Below, piece by piece: positions 49,017 through 64,000 of a DNA stretch of 64,000 bases. The stretch spans positions 393,091 through 457,090 of the forward strand of contig CAJINV010000003.1 of NCBI GenBank assembly GCA_905178155.1. Reading direction: 5' to 3'. The DNA is from Amoebophrya sp. A120. Its lineage: Eukaryota > Protista > Dinoflagellata. Made by a program: the position numbers and the translations under genes. The notes beneath the pieces were generated by a model, which did not search any database, was not told the origin of the DNA, and was given only the letters and a program-made list of their open reading frames with translations. Within the stretch, counting starts at the first letter, position 1, and each line of letters begins with the position of its first letter.

Positions 49017-52000
49017 CGATTTGGTCGCGCCGGGGCCGGGGCAGATTTGGCGGCAACTTCTTCGGAAAAAAAATCGACCCCACGCCGCCCTGTTTGGAGG
49101 GTCCAAAAGGTCTCCAGATTGGGCCCGATTTTTCTCGCGATTTGGCCGCGCCGGGGCCGGGGCAGATTTGGCGGCAACTTCTTCGGAAAAAAAATCGACC
49201 CCACACCGCCCTGTTTGGAGGGTCCAAAAGGTCTCCAGATTGGGCCTGCTTTTTCTTCCGATAGATTTGGTCGCGCCGGGGCCGGGGCAGATTTGGCGGC
49301 AACTTCTTCGGAAAAAGAATCGACCCCACACCGCCCTGTTTGGAGGGTCCAAAAGGTCTCCAGATTGGGCCCGCTTTTTCTTCCGATAGATTTGGTCGCG
49401 CCGGGGCCGGGGCAGATTTGGCGGCAACTTCTTCGGAAAAAGAACCGACCCCACACCGCCCTGTTTGGAGGGTCCAAAAGGTCTCCAGATTGGGCCTGCT
49501 TTTTCTTCCGATAGATTTGGTCGCGCCGGGGCCGGGGCAGATTTGGCGGCAACTTCTTCGGAAAAAGAATCGACCCCACACCGCCCTGTTTGGAGGGTCC
49601 AAAAGGTCTCCAGATTGGGCCTGCTTTTTCTTCCGATAGATTTGGTCGCGCCGGGGCCGGGGCAGATTTGGCGGCAACTTCTTCGGAAAAAGAATCGACC
49701 CCACACCGCCCTGTTTGGAGGGTCCAAAAGGTCTCCAGATTGGGCCTGCTTTTTCTTCCGATAGATTTGGTCGCGCCGGGGCCGGGGCAGATTTGGCGGC
49801 AACTTCTTCGGAAAAAGAATCGACCCCACACCGCCCTGTTTGGAGGGTCCAAAAGGTCTCCAGATTGGGCCTGCTTTTTCTTCCGATAGATTTGGTCGCG
49901 CCGGGGCCGGGGCAGATTTGGCGGCAACTTCTTCGGAAAAAGAATCGACCCCACACCGCCCTGTTTGGAGGGTCCAAAAGGTCTCCAGATTGGGCCTGCT
50001 TTTTCTTCCGATAGATTTGGTCGCGCCGGGGCCGGGGCAGATTTGGCGGCAACTTCTTCGGAAAAAGAATCGACCCCACACCGCCCTGTTTGGAGGGTCC
50101 AAAAGGTCTCCAGATTGGGCCTGCTTTTTCTTCCGATAGATTTGGTCGCGCCGGGGCCGGGGCAGATTTGGCGGCAACTTCTTCGGAAAAAGAATCGACC
50201 CCACACCGCCCTGTTTGGAGGGTCCAAAAGGTCTCCAGATTGGGCCTGCTTTTTCTTCCGATAGATTTGGTCGCGCCGGGGCCGGGGCAGATTTGGCGGC
50301 AACTTCTTCGGAAAAAGAATCGACCCCACACCGCCCTGTTTGGAGGGTCCAAAAGGTCTCCAGATTGGGCCTGCTTTTTCTTCCGATAGATTTGGTCGCG
50401 CCGGGGCCGGGGCAGATTTGGCGGCAACTTCTTCGGAAAAAGAATCGACCCCACACCGCCCTGTTTGGAGGGTCCAAAAGGTCTCCAGATTGGGCCTGCT
50501 TTTTCTTCCGATAGATTTGGTCGCGCCGGGGCCGGGGCAGATTTGGCGGCAACTTCTTCGGAAAAAGAACCGACCCCACACCGCCCTGTTTGGAGGGTCC
50601 AAAAGGTCTCCAGATTGGGCCTGCTTTTTCTTCCGATAGATTTGGTCGCGCCGGGGCCGGGGCAGATTTGGCGGCAACTTCTTCGGAAAAAAAATCGACC
50701 CCACACCGCCCTGTTTGGAGGGTCCAAAAGGTCTCCAGATTGGGCCTGCTTTTTCTTCCGATAGATTTGGTCGCGCCGGGGCCGGGGCAGATTTGGCGGC
50801 AACTTCTTCGGAAAAAAAATCGACCCCACACCGCCCTGTTTGGAGGGTCCAAAAGGTCTCCAGATTGGGCCTGCTTTTTCTTCCGATAGATTTGGTCGCG
50901 CCGGGGCCGGGGCAGATTTGGCGGCAACTTCTTCGGAAAAAAAATCGACCCCACGCCGCCCTGTTTGGAGGGTCCAAAAGGTCTCCAGATTGGGCCCGAT
51001 TTTTCTTCCGATAGATTTGGTCGCGCCGGGGGGCCGGGGCAGATTTGGCGGGAACTTCTTCGGAAAAAAAAATCGACCCCACGCCGCCCTTTGTGGAGGG
51101 TCCAAAAAGCCTCCAGATTGGCCCCGCTTTTTCTTCCGATAGATTTGGTCGCGCCGGGGCCGGGGCGGATTTGGCGGCAACTTCTTCGGAAAAAAAATCG
51201 ACACCACACCGCCCTGTTTGGAGGGTCCAAAAGGTCTCCAGATTGGGCCAGATTTTTCCTCCGATTTGGTCGCGCCGGGGCCGGGGCAGATTTGGCGGCA
51301 ACTTCTTCGGAAAAAAAATCGACTCCACACCGCCCTGTTTGGAGGGCCCAAAAGGTCTCCAGATTGGGCCCGCTTTTTCTTTCGATTTGGTCGCGCCGGG
51401 GCCGGGGCAGATTTGGCGGCAACTTCTTCGGAAAAAAAATCGACCCCGCGCCGCCCTGTTTGAAGGGTCCAAAAGGCCTCCAGATTGGGCCCGATTTTTC
51501 TTCCGATTTGGTCGCGCCGGGGCCGGGGCAGATTTGGCGGCAATTTCTTCGGAAAAAAAATCGACCCCACGCCGCCCTGTTTGAAGGTTCCAAAAGGTCT
51601 CCAGATTGGGCCTGATTTTTCTTCCGATTTGATCGCGCCGGGGACGGGGCAGATTTGGCGGCAACTTCTTCGGAAAAAAAATCGACCCCACGCCGCCCTG
51701 TTTGAAGGGCCCAAAAGGTCCCCAGATTGGGCCCGATTTTTCTTCCGATTTGGTCGCGCCGGGGCCGGGGCAGATGGATGCGGCGGCAACTTCTTCGGAA
51801 AAAAAATCGACCCCACGCCGCCCTGTTTGAAGGGTCCAAAAGGTCTCCCGATTGGGCCCGATTTTTCTTCCGATTTGGTCGCGCCGGGGCCGGGGCAGAT
51901 GTGGCGGCAACTTCTTCGGAAAAAAAATCGACCCCACGCCGCCCTGTTTGAAGGGTCCAAAAGGTCTCCAGATTGGGCCCGATTTTTCTTCCGATTTGGT

Positions 52001-52072
52001 CGCGCCGGGGCACAGCGTGCTGCCTGGGGGCCCTTTGCTTCCGATTTGGTCGCACCGGGGCCGGGGCAGATT
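49017..52072. repeat. Tandem satellite, 125-bp unit (121-bp variants at the edges), about 24 copies
   Basis: Unit GATTTGGTCGCGCCGGGGCCGGGGCAGATTTGGCGGCAACTTCTTCGGAAAAAGAATCGACCCCACACCGCCCTGTTTGGAGGGTCCAAAAGGTCTCCAGATTGGGCCTGCTTTTTCTTCCGATA. The ORF track repeats every 125 nt. Confidence 0.97.
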
Positions 52073-52676
52073 TGTGGTTTTTCTTCGCAACTAATTTTGA
52101 GTCGTTGAGCCGGTGAAAATGCTATATTATTTTTCTTTTTTCTCTTTGGTCACCGCAACATTGTGATTTTCCTCTTTCGTCTCTTCCACAGGTGAGTGTC
52201 ATCGATATCGACCGAGCTGGAACACACACACGAAGCCCGCGATGAGAGAAATGCCAATTGCAATTTTCTGCAAGGCGCCTTCCTGACGTTTGTGTATCTT
52301 TCATTCGTTTTACTTACAGGAGCAGGAAGTAATTGAGTATTTTTCTTCCTCAACGAATTTGCGAGCTCTTGCTGTGAGCGATTTCGGGAAAAGTGAACCA
52401 ATGCAGCGTTAGGTTTATTTATTTATTTTTTGGGCGGAGTCTGGAATGCCTATGCTTTTGCTTGCGAACAGTATGCGCTACTACTAGCCAGGGCCAGAAG
52501 AGAGTCAGAATGGAGGTCGAGGAGTTTTTTCCAGGCTTGCAGTGTGTCCGTGAACATGTGGCGGCAACCGCGGGGCGACTCCGGCCATCTCCTTTGGAAC
52601 AGCGCTGGAAGTTTTGGCCCCGCTAGCTGTTCTTGTTGTGAGGGCGGGCGATCGCGCCCGCCCTCGGTAAGGCGAC

Positions 52677-53201
52677 GCCCTTCGGCGGAGGCCGCGGCCC
52701 ATATGCCGCGCGCCCGGCAGGCCGGGGGCGTTAATGTGGGCCGCCCCGACGGGCGCCCGCCCGTCAGTCTTCTCATCGGGGGCGGTCGTGTATTTCTCCG
52801 ACGGCCCGGGTAGAGCTGGGTGGGGCGCCTTTGGTCTCTCTCCCGCCCTGGCGCTGGCCGATGGGAATAGTACACGCTCGCACCCAAGCGCAAGCGCCTA
52901 GCCCAGGCGCCAGCAGCAGCAAATGCTCATGCGCGCGCCTGCTTTCGCAGCGTTGTGCGTGGCCAAATGGGCCGCCCCCGATCCGAACATTCAGGCTGTA
53001 GCCCGGATTGTGGCGAAAATCCCGTTCAACATCACGGAGAGCTGTAGAGCATTTCGCTTTATTTTCAGCATTCTCCGAACAGCCGGAGCTCTCCCTTTTG
53101 TCGAGAATGATTCTGTTCCTCCGGCAGTAGCTTTAAAGATGCGCATTTGATGTTGGAAGCGTTCCGTGTCATGTTTTCGATATTCAGTTGTAAAAGAGCC
53201 G
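52677..53201 (+). repeat. ~530-bp GC-rich dispersed repeat, copy 2
   Basis: Colinear with 41236-41787. Confidence 0.85.
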
Positions 53202-54097
53202 CGCGAAGAATATTAGAACTTGAATATTGACGGGTGGGTAGAGTCAGTGCGTCTGCTCGTGATCTGATTACGATCACTGATATTACTAGTTCATGTAGCT
53301 GTTGTGCGTTACAAAAAACTTCTCCCGTTTTAAGCTCCAGATAAAGGGAGGAGGAGTTCAATATCGCTTTGCATTTTCTGTAGCAGGAAGGCTCGCGCTC
53401 TCCTCGCTCAAGGTCAAGCACGCTACAGAATTCGATGTGTCGGCCCTGGCACCGCCATTTTTAATGTCAATGTTTGTCGCTGATCATGCAGTAGGTGTAG
53501 GAACTACGCCGCAGTGCAATGTGATCTTTGCAGATTCACAACTGTGGCTGTTCCCTAATTTATAATTTCGGACAGATCATGAGAGTGTATATTGGTTCCA
53601 ATAATGATAATTGCAATGGATCATCCGCGTATAGTGAGTTGTGTTTGCGAAGGGCAGATCTGGTTTTCGATCTACCACCTCCACCTCGTTAGTTTTTGTT
53701 CATTTTTTTTTGTTTGGTGTTATTTTTCTTTGTGTTGCCGACTGCGACTTGAGGTAGGTTGTGGAAGGAGGTGGCTTGTTGGCGTTTCAAAAAAGAACCA
53801 CCAAGCCCAGGAAAAGAGTCCGACATTTAAGTACATACGAGACGGTGATTGCAGCTGACTCGCTTTTTGTATCGCGCCAAGGTATTCGTGCATAATATGT
53901 AGTGAGGTCAACACGAATACGTTCTATCCTAGTAGTCTGTATTGAATAATTTAAATTTATCTCCCATGTCCCAACCTGTGAACACTTTGCTTTTTACTTT
54001 GTTGAGCATCGTCTTCTAAATTTGACTCTAACTTTGTTACGCTCGTCCTAAAAATATCACTTTGTGCTCTCGCTCTAGGAGGAGCAGCGCACCCACA

Positions 54098-55619
54098 ATG
54101 GCTGAAGCGAGCGAGGAACTGTGTCCCGATACGCTTCGACAAACCGAGACCAGTGCGTCCGACGCAATACCTGCGTCCTCGTCCTCCTCGTATGCCTACG
54201 ACCACGCGGAGGCATGGAACACGTTAAACATGCTACGGAGCAGTCCGTGTTCAAAACAAGAAGCTTTTGCAGTATTGCTACAGGTACTGCGGAGCCTACG
54301 GATTCAGGAGAGACCCTGCAGCCCTGCCCTCTTCCTCGCTCTTACTCAGGAGCTAGAGCAGTACTATTGGCCGCATACTGAAAATTACGGGAGTGGAGTA
54401 GTTTCGCCCCCTGCTCCTTCCTCATTTTGTTTTTCCGTGACGCTGATGTGATGTCTACTCCGACAGATGAATAAACCGCAGCAGCGCAGCTTCCTGCGCG
54501 TAGAAAATCAATGCGCCGCGGGCTGTTGCGCTGATGCAGTTGTTCTTTTTGTAATTGCGACTTCCGCAACTTGCTAGTACACAAAAGGCACGAAAGGACG
54601 AAGACGATAAACCAGGTCTGATTTTTTTCTTTGCATACAGTATTTTCAGGCTGCGTTTGGGTTTGCAACGAACGGGGTCGCCTGGCGCATGAACACTGTT
54701 CCAGCAATGTCTTATTGGCGGACACTGTTTCTGCCGCGTGGGCAGGTAGTTGCGTCGCCTGTTGTATTCATCCCCTGTGTTTTATCATTCCAGCAGGGCG
54801 CCATTAAACGCAAAGAAACTTCGGGTCTGAAGATAGGGCTGCATTGGGTCAGGTTGGTAGGACAAAAATGAAGGAGCAGGGGACGAGTAGTTGTGCACCA
54901 TCATACACCTAAGCCGTTCCGGCAGCTAGTGTTAGATGTGGTCTACCCAGCACTGCTGAACTTGTACAGGAGCTTTTGCACCGTGACCAGGCCGGAGACC
55001 GAGCAGTGCGAGGTGCTCTGCGACGTGGCTTTGATTCGGTTGGTATGCAGCTGTGGCTATCCACAATTTGCGAAGAAGATATCGGGACAACTTCGGGCTG
55101 ACATGTACACCGTGGGGAAAGCGAGATTTCCTTACCGTGCACATCTGTATCAAGAGTTGCACCTCTGGGCCACGGTTCACCAAAAGACGTACTTCGAGAC
55201 GTTGTCCTTTGAAGACACACCTGCTGAAGAAATACGGGCCGCGAAGAAAACGCACAAGGAAATCGAGCAAAGCGTCGGGAAGTGGGCTACGGAGGACGGG
55301 ATGGAAAACATGGTCAACATTTCAACAGGAAGGAGCAGCAGCACGGTTACAACCCAGGGGCACGTGGTCAACAGGGCGCAGGTAGTTAAGGTAGGTAAAT
55401 CTATATACATCATCAAACCTATTAAGTCCAATCCAATAACCGCACGGCATGCACATGTAGCAAGACTAAAGAGGAAACGAAGCGCAATAATTTACAATTG
55501 TGCACATATCTTGATCTACTTCATGGAAACAAGAATTACATCAGACCCGCCGACCTAGGATGAGCAGGCGGCTTGAAGTGATTTGGGAGGAGGACGAGGA
55601 GCAGGAGGAGGACGAATAA
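54098..55619 (+). CDS. Multi-exon hypothetical protein (exon structure approximate)
   Basis: Coding-like blocks 54098-~54390, ~54650-54745, ~54914-55390 and an acidic last exon ending TAA at 55619, separated by apparent GT-AG introns. No domain recognised. Confidence 0.35.
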
Positions 55620-56587
55620 AACCAAAAGCAGTGGATGAGTTTAAATCATTTAACTAGATGGAAAGTGCGCGGCGCCTTCTGTCTAGATCGATGAAGTTGT
55701 ATGCGTTTTTCGGTGGTAAGGATCACTCTGCGTCAACTTCGTTATTCGGGGAAAGAGCGACGATCACGAGGGGTACAAGAGCAGAGGACTTTCTGCAAAG
55801 TTGGAAGTATTGTGTGAATTCGAAATCAATTTATCAAAATCAAATACGTAGAAAACGAAAACAAGAAGTGCGCCACACCGCTATGTCGTCACGAAAAGTG
55901 CGCGATGAGATTACAAACGATAAATACATAGTGGCCGCAGTGCTTCTTTCAGAATGTGACTCGCAAAAGGTATGATGTCACACTGATGAGGAAACTTCAA
56001 CTTGTTTTTTATAGTCAGTCACTGTCACCGATGATCCTGCTGTAGTTTATAGATTATACGCTAGATTAGATTCACATTCATTTTTAGAGAAGGACAGCGA
56101 ATCCCTCACCAAACGATAAAGAAGGATTCCAAGAACGAATGATATACAAATACGACAGCAAAAATTCTAGAAAAGAAATAAATGGCGGCACAACCAAGAA
56201 GCGACGTTTTTCTGCGAAAATTGAAAGCCTAAGATGCTCATGCTTATTACTTATGATTTTCTGCTGCTGTCGAAGGCTGACGACGTACTTGCAAGAAGTC
56301 ATTGAATTGCAAGGTAGTTTGGCGAATATCGCCCCTGTTCAATGCCGATGTCCTCGCTTTCAATTTCGTTTTCCTCATCACTGCAGGCGGAGTGAATAAG
56401 CAATATGGTCGTGTGCAGAGCGGGGTGGTTCTGGAAGAATAAGTCAACAAGGACCGGTAGATTATGATATTATTGCTTGCCCTTGCACTTACACGAAAAT
56501 CGAAGCTAGGTTTCTCAACTGCTTCTTATGGATAGGCGAATGATCGAGCTTCGTTTCACTTTTATCGTATTAAGAGCCGAAGATTGA

Positions 56588-57097
56588 ATGACGGCCACTT
56601 CTGGAGGAGATCATGCGCCGTTGACGAAAGTAGAGGCCCCCCCGCCGACCGTGCGTGTCGGTGTGGGATGCGTGTTGGTAAATCGCGCGGGACACATTTT
56701 GGTCGGCAAGCGGAAAAAGTCTCACGGTGCGGGGCAATACGCCCTACCCGGTGGACACCTAGAGATGGGTGAGGAGTGGGCCGATTGCGCCGCACGGGAA
56801 GTTAGAGAAGAAACTGGGCTAGTGTTGGAACCCGAAAATTTTCGCTTTCTTTACGTCTCGAACGACGTGTACACGGAGGAAAAGCACTACGTCACGATCT
56901 TCATGCTGCACACGCCGAAGATTGGCGAGGACCGGACACCCCAGAACCTGGAGCCGGAAAAGTGCGAAGGATGGAGCTGGCAAGATTGGCAACAGCTTCA
57001 TGAACGCTTTGTAGATGAAGAAAAATTCTTGTCTTTGCGGCAACTGCTGCGCTTTATGGAGAAAGAAAAAGGCGCGCTTGACAACCACGGGGCATGA
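56588..57097 (+). CDS. Nudix hydrolase, NUDT15/plant NUDX1-like, intronless
   Basis: Nudix box GGHLEMGEEWADCAAREVREETG; family motifs VRVGVG, GKRKKSHGAGQYALPGG, HYVTIFM, PQNLEPEKCEGWSW. Confidence 0.9.
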   Translation: MTATSGGDHAPLTKVEAPPPTVRVGVGCVLVNRAGHILVGKRKKSHGAGQYALPGGHLEMGEEWADCAAREVREETGLVLEPENFRFLYVSNDVYTEEKHYVTIFMLHTPKIGEDRTPQNLEPEKCEGWSWQDWQQLHERFVDEEKFLSLRQLLRFMEKEKGALDNHGA

Positions 57098-57871
57098 TGT
57101 GACGGGTAGGCAACGTCAATGAAGAGCAAAAATATCTATATCATAATGTAATGTTGTTTTAGGCTACAGTTCTTCTTCTTGTACCACCTGGTCCCGACGA
57201 AAATGAAAGGCTTGTGCTGGATTCAATTATACTCCAAAAATGACATCAGCCACAACAAGTGACAGTGAGCTTCCAGCACTCAATCGCTCAGTTACTGTTT
57301 CGGGTGGCACTATTCCCGTTGATATCGCGATTGATTAGGACATAGCATGGGGATAATAAAGTAGGTGCATTTACGGCGTCTCCACACCGGCACGAGGGGG
57401 CACGAACAAAGACGAAACCGTGCTCCGCCTCCATTATTGACAGTCACTATTAACCGCTATTAGAGAGGACGGATTCGGGATTCCGCACAGCTATTGTTCT
57501 TTTCAGCATCGCCAGCATGAGCATTGAGATACAAAATGAAAATAGGCTCTTGGAGAGAAACATAGTGCAAAAATAATACTCATTCTTTTGAGAGAAGCTG
57601 CCAAATTTGAACCTGAGTGCTTGACTTACTTTCTTCTTACGTGTGGACCCCAGCAGGAGAGCGAGCAGAAAGGACCTGAGGAGCATGGAAGAAAAAGAAT
57701 TACATAGGTGGAAGAGAGTGCTGGGTGGTGCTGGAGGACGAACGCTTGTATGTGATTGAGATTGTCGCTTCTTGTTCACGTTTGACTTTGCTGTTGTTGA
57801 CACGGTCCTCGACGGAGAAAAAAAGTTTGGAAAAAAATAAAGTGTGGACGTAGAAGAAAGTAAAGCTAAAG

Positions 57872-60980
<3,109 letters not shown>

Positions 60981-62171
60981 AAGCATCTTCGCGAACTACT
61001 GCGGCTCTTTAACTCCTGTCTTTTTCCCTGGTACTACTCCACCCTGGTACTACTCCACTAGTGAAGATTATGCGCATGATGCCAGGAAATAAAGAAGAAC
61101 GGTAGGAGACGGGAATTATCGGGAGGTAACATCAAGACCGCAGTTGTACGGGGGAATATTTTTTTTCGTATTCCGATGAACATTATACACTTACTACACC
61201 TAATGATCAATGAAATTAGACAAGTTTGACGATTCTTACATTTGCTTTTACAACTGGCTTAAAATTTCAAAATGAACACTTCATGTATAACAAGTCGCCG
61301 TGACTACAGCCGCACGCGGTCGTACTAGCGCTATCTGATGGTCATGGTTGACCCAATCCCAATATTTCAAGTACATAAATTTGTCTTCATCCACTGTTGT
61401 TTCAAATCTAGCTTTTTAGCATATTGAGCATGACGATGGCTTTGACCAAACTTGTAGAATTACACCTTTGTATTGTGCTCTCCGAGCTTCATATAGCTTC
61501 GGGAAAGATGAAGCATTGGTATACGCCTTCGGCCGCTCCCAAAACAACCTTGACGACAAGTAGGCCGGACAATTAAGTTTGCGAGTTCAGTTTCGCCGCA
61601 CCATTTTTTTCTGAAAATGCTTTATGGTATTTGCCCGAGAATATAGACAGGAGAGAAGTGCCGTGGCACCAAAAATGAAAATGCCTTTTATTGCCCGCAG
61701 ATGTGAATGATGGGTACATTTACCTACTGCGACTCCTCCTGCTTCATCGCTGACTGTAACATAGATGACGTTGTCGAAGACAAAATACATTCACAACGTT
61801 TTGAATATCAATCCAGGAGGCTCCAGACCCGCAGCTCGAAGCGCTCGGTGTAAAAAATGTAAATGAGACCGTTGTGAACAGCTTCTTGTTCATCGCCAGT
61901 GCCAGGAAGAGCACACACAATTGTGTAAACAAGTGCCTCTTGTTGGCTAAGAAGAAGTAAACCTAAACCTAAACGTTTTCACTTTATCTTGTAACGAGTT
62001 TACCAGAATTTTCAGGGTGGAATAAAGATGCAGCACCATTATGTGAATAAGAAAAGAAAGTCAGACAGCCCCTCCTTCTGCGGTGAAGATCGTACTCAAC
62101 ATTCTTGTGCGAAAATGCAGCTTTATTTTTTGGCCGTCCTCTTTTGTCTTTCCCCATTTTCACCTCCGCAG

Positions 62172-64000
62172 AACCACTTCGTGCATTCTCTAGCTCTTTC
62201 GTCCGCCACCCCTCCGATACCACCAACAAGTGTCAAGCCGGCAAGAAATGCCTTATCAGGAGTTGAAGCAGAAAGCGAAAGAGCCTCGCAGCATGGAGGA
62301 GTAGATGACGAATTGCTACAACAAGCAGCATCGCATCCATCACGCTGTGGAAGTCCGCTTCGTGTGGCAGGTCGAGGCCAGGAGAGTTACGTGCAACGTC
62401 CCGCAGGCCTCCCCCCGGCGTTGCAGGTGGAACCAGGGGAGCTGTGCCAGGAGTATCATGTGGGCAACGGTTCATACGCTGGCAATAGTCCCGCTCGGGA
62501 AGCACAAGCAGCGAACTCGAATCACCGAACTAGCAGCAGAAGCACGTCTACAGCGGCAGGTCCTTTCCAAATCCAGGGTTCACTTGCCATCGCAGCCCCA
62601 TCAAGCAGTCGACCTGGAGGTGGACCTGCTTCGGGCACCACCACCACGACCAGGGGTGGCTCCTTTGGGGGACTGTTGCAGGCCGGCAGACACACCGTCG
62701 CGAACCTGATGCGGGGAACGGTGTACTCCTCGGCCTCGCTGTTGATGGACAAAACGGCGTTCCTCTCCGGCCTGATAGAGCACGAGCTCGCCGTCGCGGG
62801 CACCACCCGGGACCAGCTGGTCTACGTGTCGCTGAAACAGGTGCTGTCGCAGGGCCTGAGCCTCACGTTCGGCGTGGGCAAGCTCGCATGGGAGGACCTG
62901 ACGCAGGAGGTGGAGAAACGCGGCGGGCTGCACCAGCTCGCGAAAGAAATCCGGGAACAGCACCTGCAGCCAGTGTACGACAGTGTCATGGCCGATATCC
63001 GCACCCGCTGGCGACAAATTGACACCGACTTCGAGGAGCAGACCTGCGCGAAAAAATTGGACCGCGCAGTCCTGGAAAGTCGGGAACAACAGAAATCTTT
63101 CAATCCGGAAGATACGTCGGTAGGAGCTGCCGTGGGATCTTCACCGGGCCAGAACAGCTACACGAAAAGCAACAATCTGCTGCAGCAGAAGAAAAAGCGG
63201 AAAACGACCGTGGAGATTGGAGAACCGGTATTGAGCCAGCAGCAAGGCGGGGGCATCGGGTCGTGCTTGGGGTCGTATGGTCCCGCCGAGGGGGGTGGTC
63301 GCGACGTGGACGAAATGACAGACGACTTTTTCGATTTCCGGTCCTGTTGCTCGGGGTCCAACGAAAGTCTGCTTTATCTCGCCAGGACGATGGCCAGCAC
63401 CGCGGGAGGACTGGAGGGAAATAATTTCGGCACGACCTCCGGTGCGAGTGGTTCGGGGCCGAATTGTTCATCTCCGGCTGCTGGTGCGCCCGCCGCTTCC
63501 TCCACCGCATGCAGTCTGCGCGCTCGTGGTTTGTACTACTTGAAGCGCGCGATCCAAATCGTGTACAACGTGCTGTGGACGCTGGCGCGGCGGGGCATTA
63601 TGCCGGTGACCAAATTTGTGCTGCAATTGTTGGAAATGGCCTTTCCAGAGGCGCGTGACGAGGAGGCCGACCTTGAGGCCGTGCCGGAAGATGCCGCAGC
63701 CGCGCACGCGGCGCAACAGGAGGAAGGTGATTTCGTAGGAGATGGCGCGGCAGCAGGAAGTTCTGACACTGCAGGAGCTGCTGCAGCAGAGGACATACCG
63801 CAGAGAGAAATCAACAAAAACGTGGAAAGCCATCAACCGGAGGTCACCACTGCAGGTGGGACGAGCGCCGTTCTTGGCCGCCAGTCGTCGTCTTCATCAG
63901 ACTTCGTATTCGGCGGAGCGGACGATGCTGGGGAGCAGAGCGAGGAAGATGAAATCCAGGTGCCGAGCTATGAAAGCGACAGTGGCGGCAGCGAGCTGCA
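62172..64000 (+). CDS. Long exon of a hypothetical protein running off the window end
   Basis: Frame appears open from acceptor CCGCAG at 62171 (..ANLMRGTVYSSASLLMDKTAFLSGLIEHELAV..) with GC3-rich codons. Absent from the ORF track, presumably because it has no stop in the window. Confidence 0.6.

Noticed and set aside
48838-52090. Three >1000-aa ORFs on the minus strand
   Set aside because: Artefact of a 125-bp tandem unit that is stop-free on that strand and cycles through all three frames; no sign of real coding.

Overview
Eukaryotic (alveolate-type) genomic DNA, not prokaryotic. All confidently called genes are on the + strand: a giant UBA/Cys-rich/HECT E3 ligase (3720-21883, about 5,370 codons after splicing), a small SAM-like protein, a divergent protein kinase, a NUDT15-like Nudix hydrolase, a myristoylated CDPK and several hypothetical proteins. 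The dominant signal is a set of 11 short (151-280 bp) insertions inside coding exons. Each runs TAT...ATA between terminal inverted repeats (TIRs) and is flanked by a 5-bp direct repeat (TSD). Removing the element plus one TSD copy restores the reading frame in every case, including inside a UBA motif and between the HRD and DFG kinase motifs. Only one of the 11 can be given GT-AG ends, and three families occur in both orientations in same-strand genes. A 694-bp intergenic relative (TAC...GTA, TSD ACTTG) lies next to its own empty-site paralog. This matches the introner-type non-canonical introns I recall being reported for the parasitic dinoflagellate Amoebophrya (recalled, not verified here). 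The sequence points to an orientation-independent, TIR/structure-guided excision system whose machinery is not in this window. Also present: a 125/121-bp satellite of about 24 copies, a repeat-bounded cluster of palindromic modules and duplicated 5' gene fragments.
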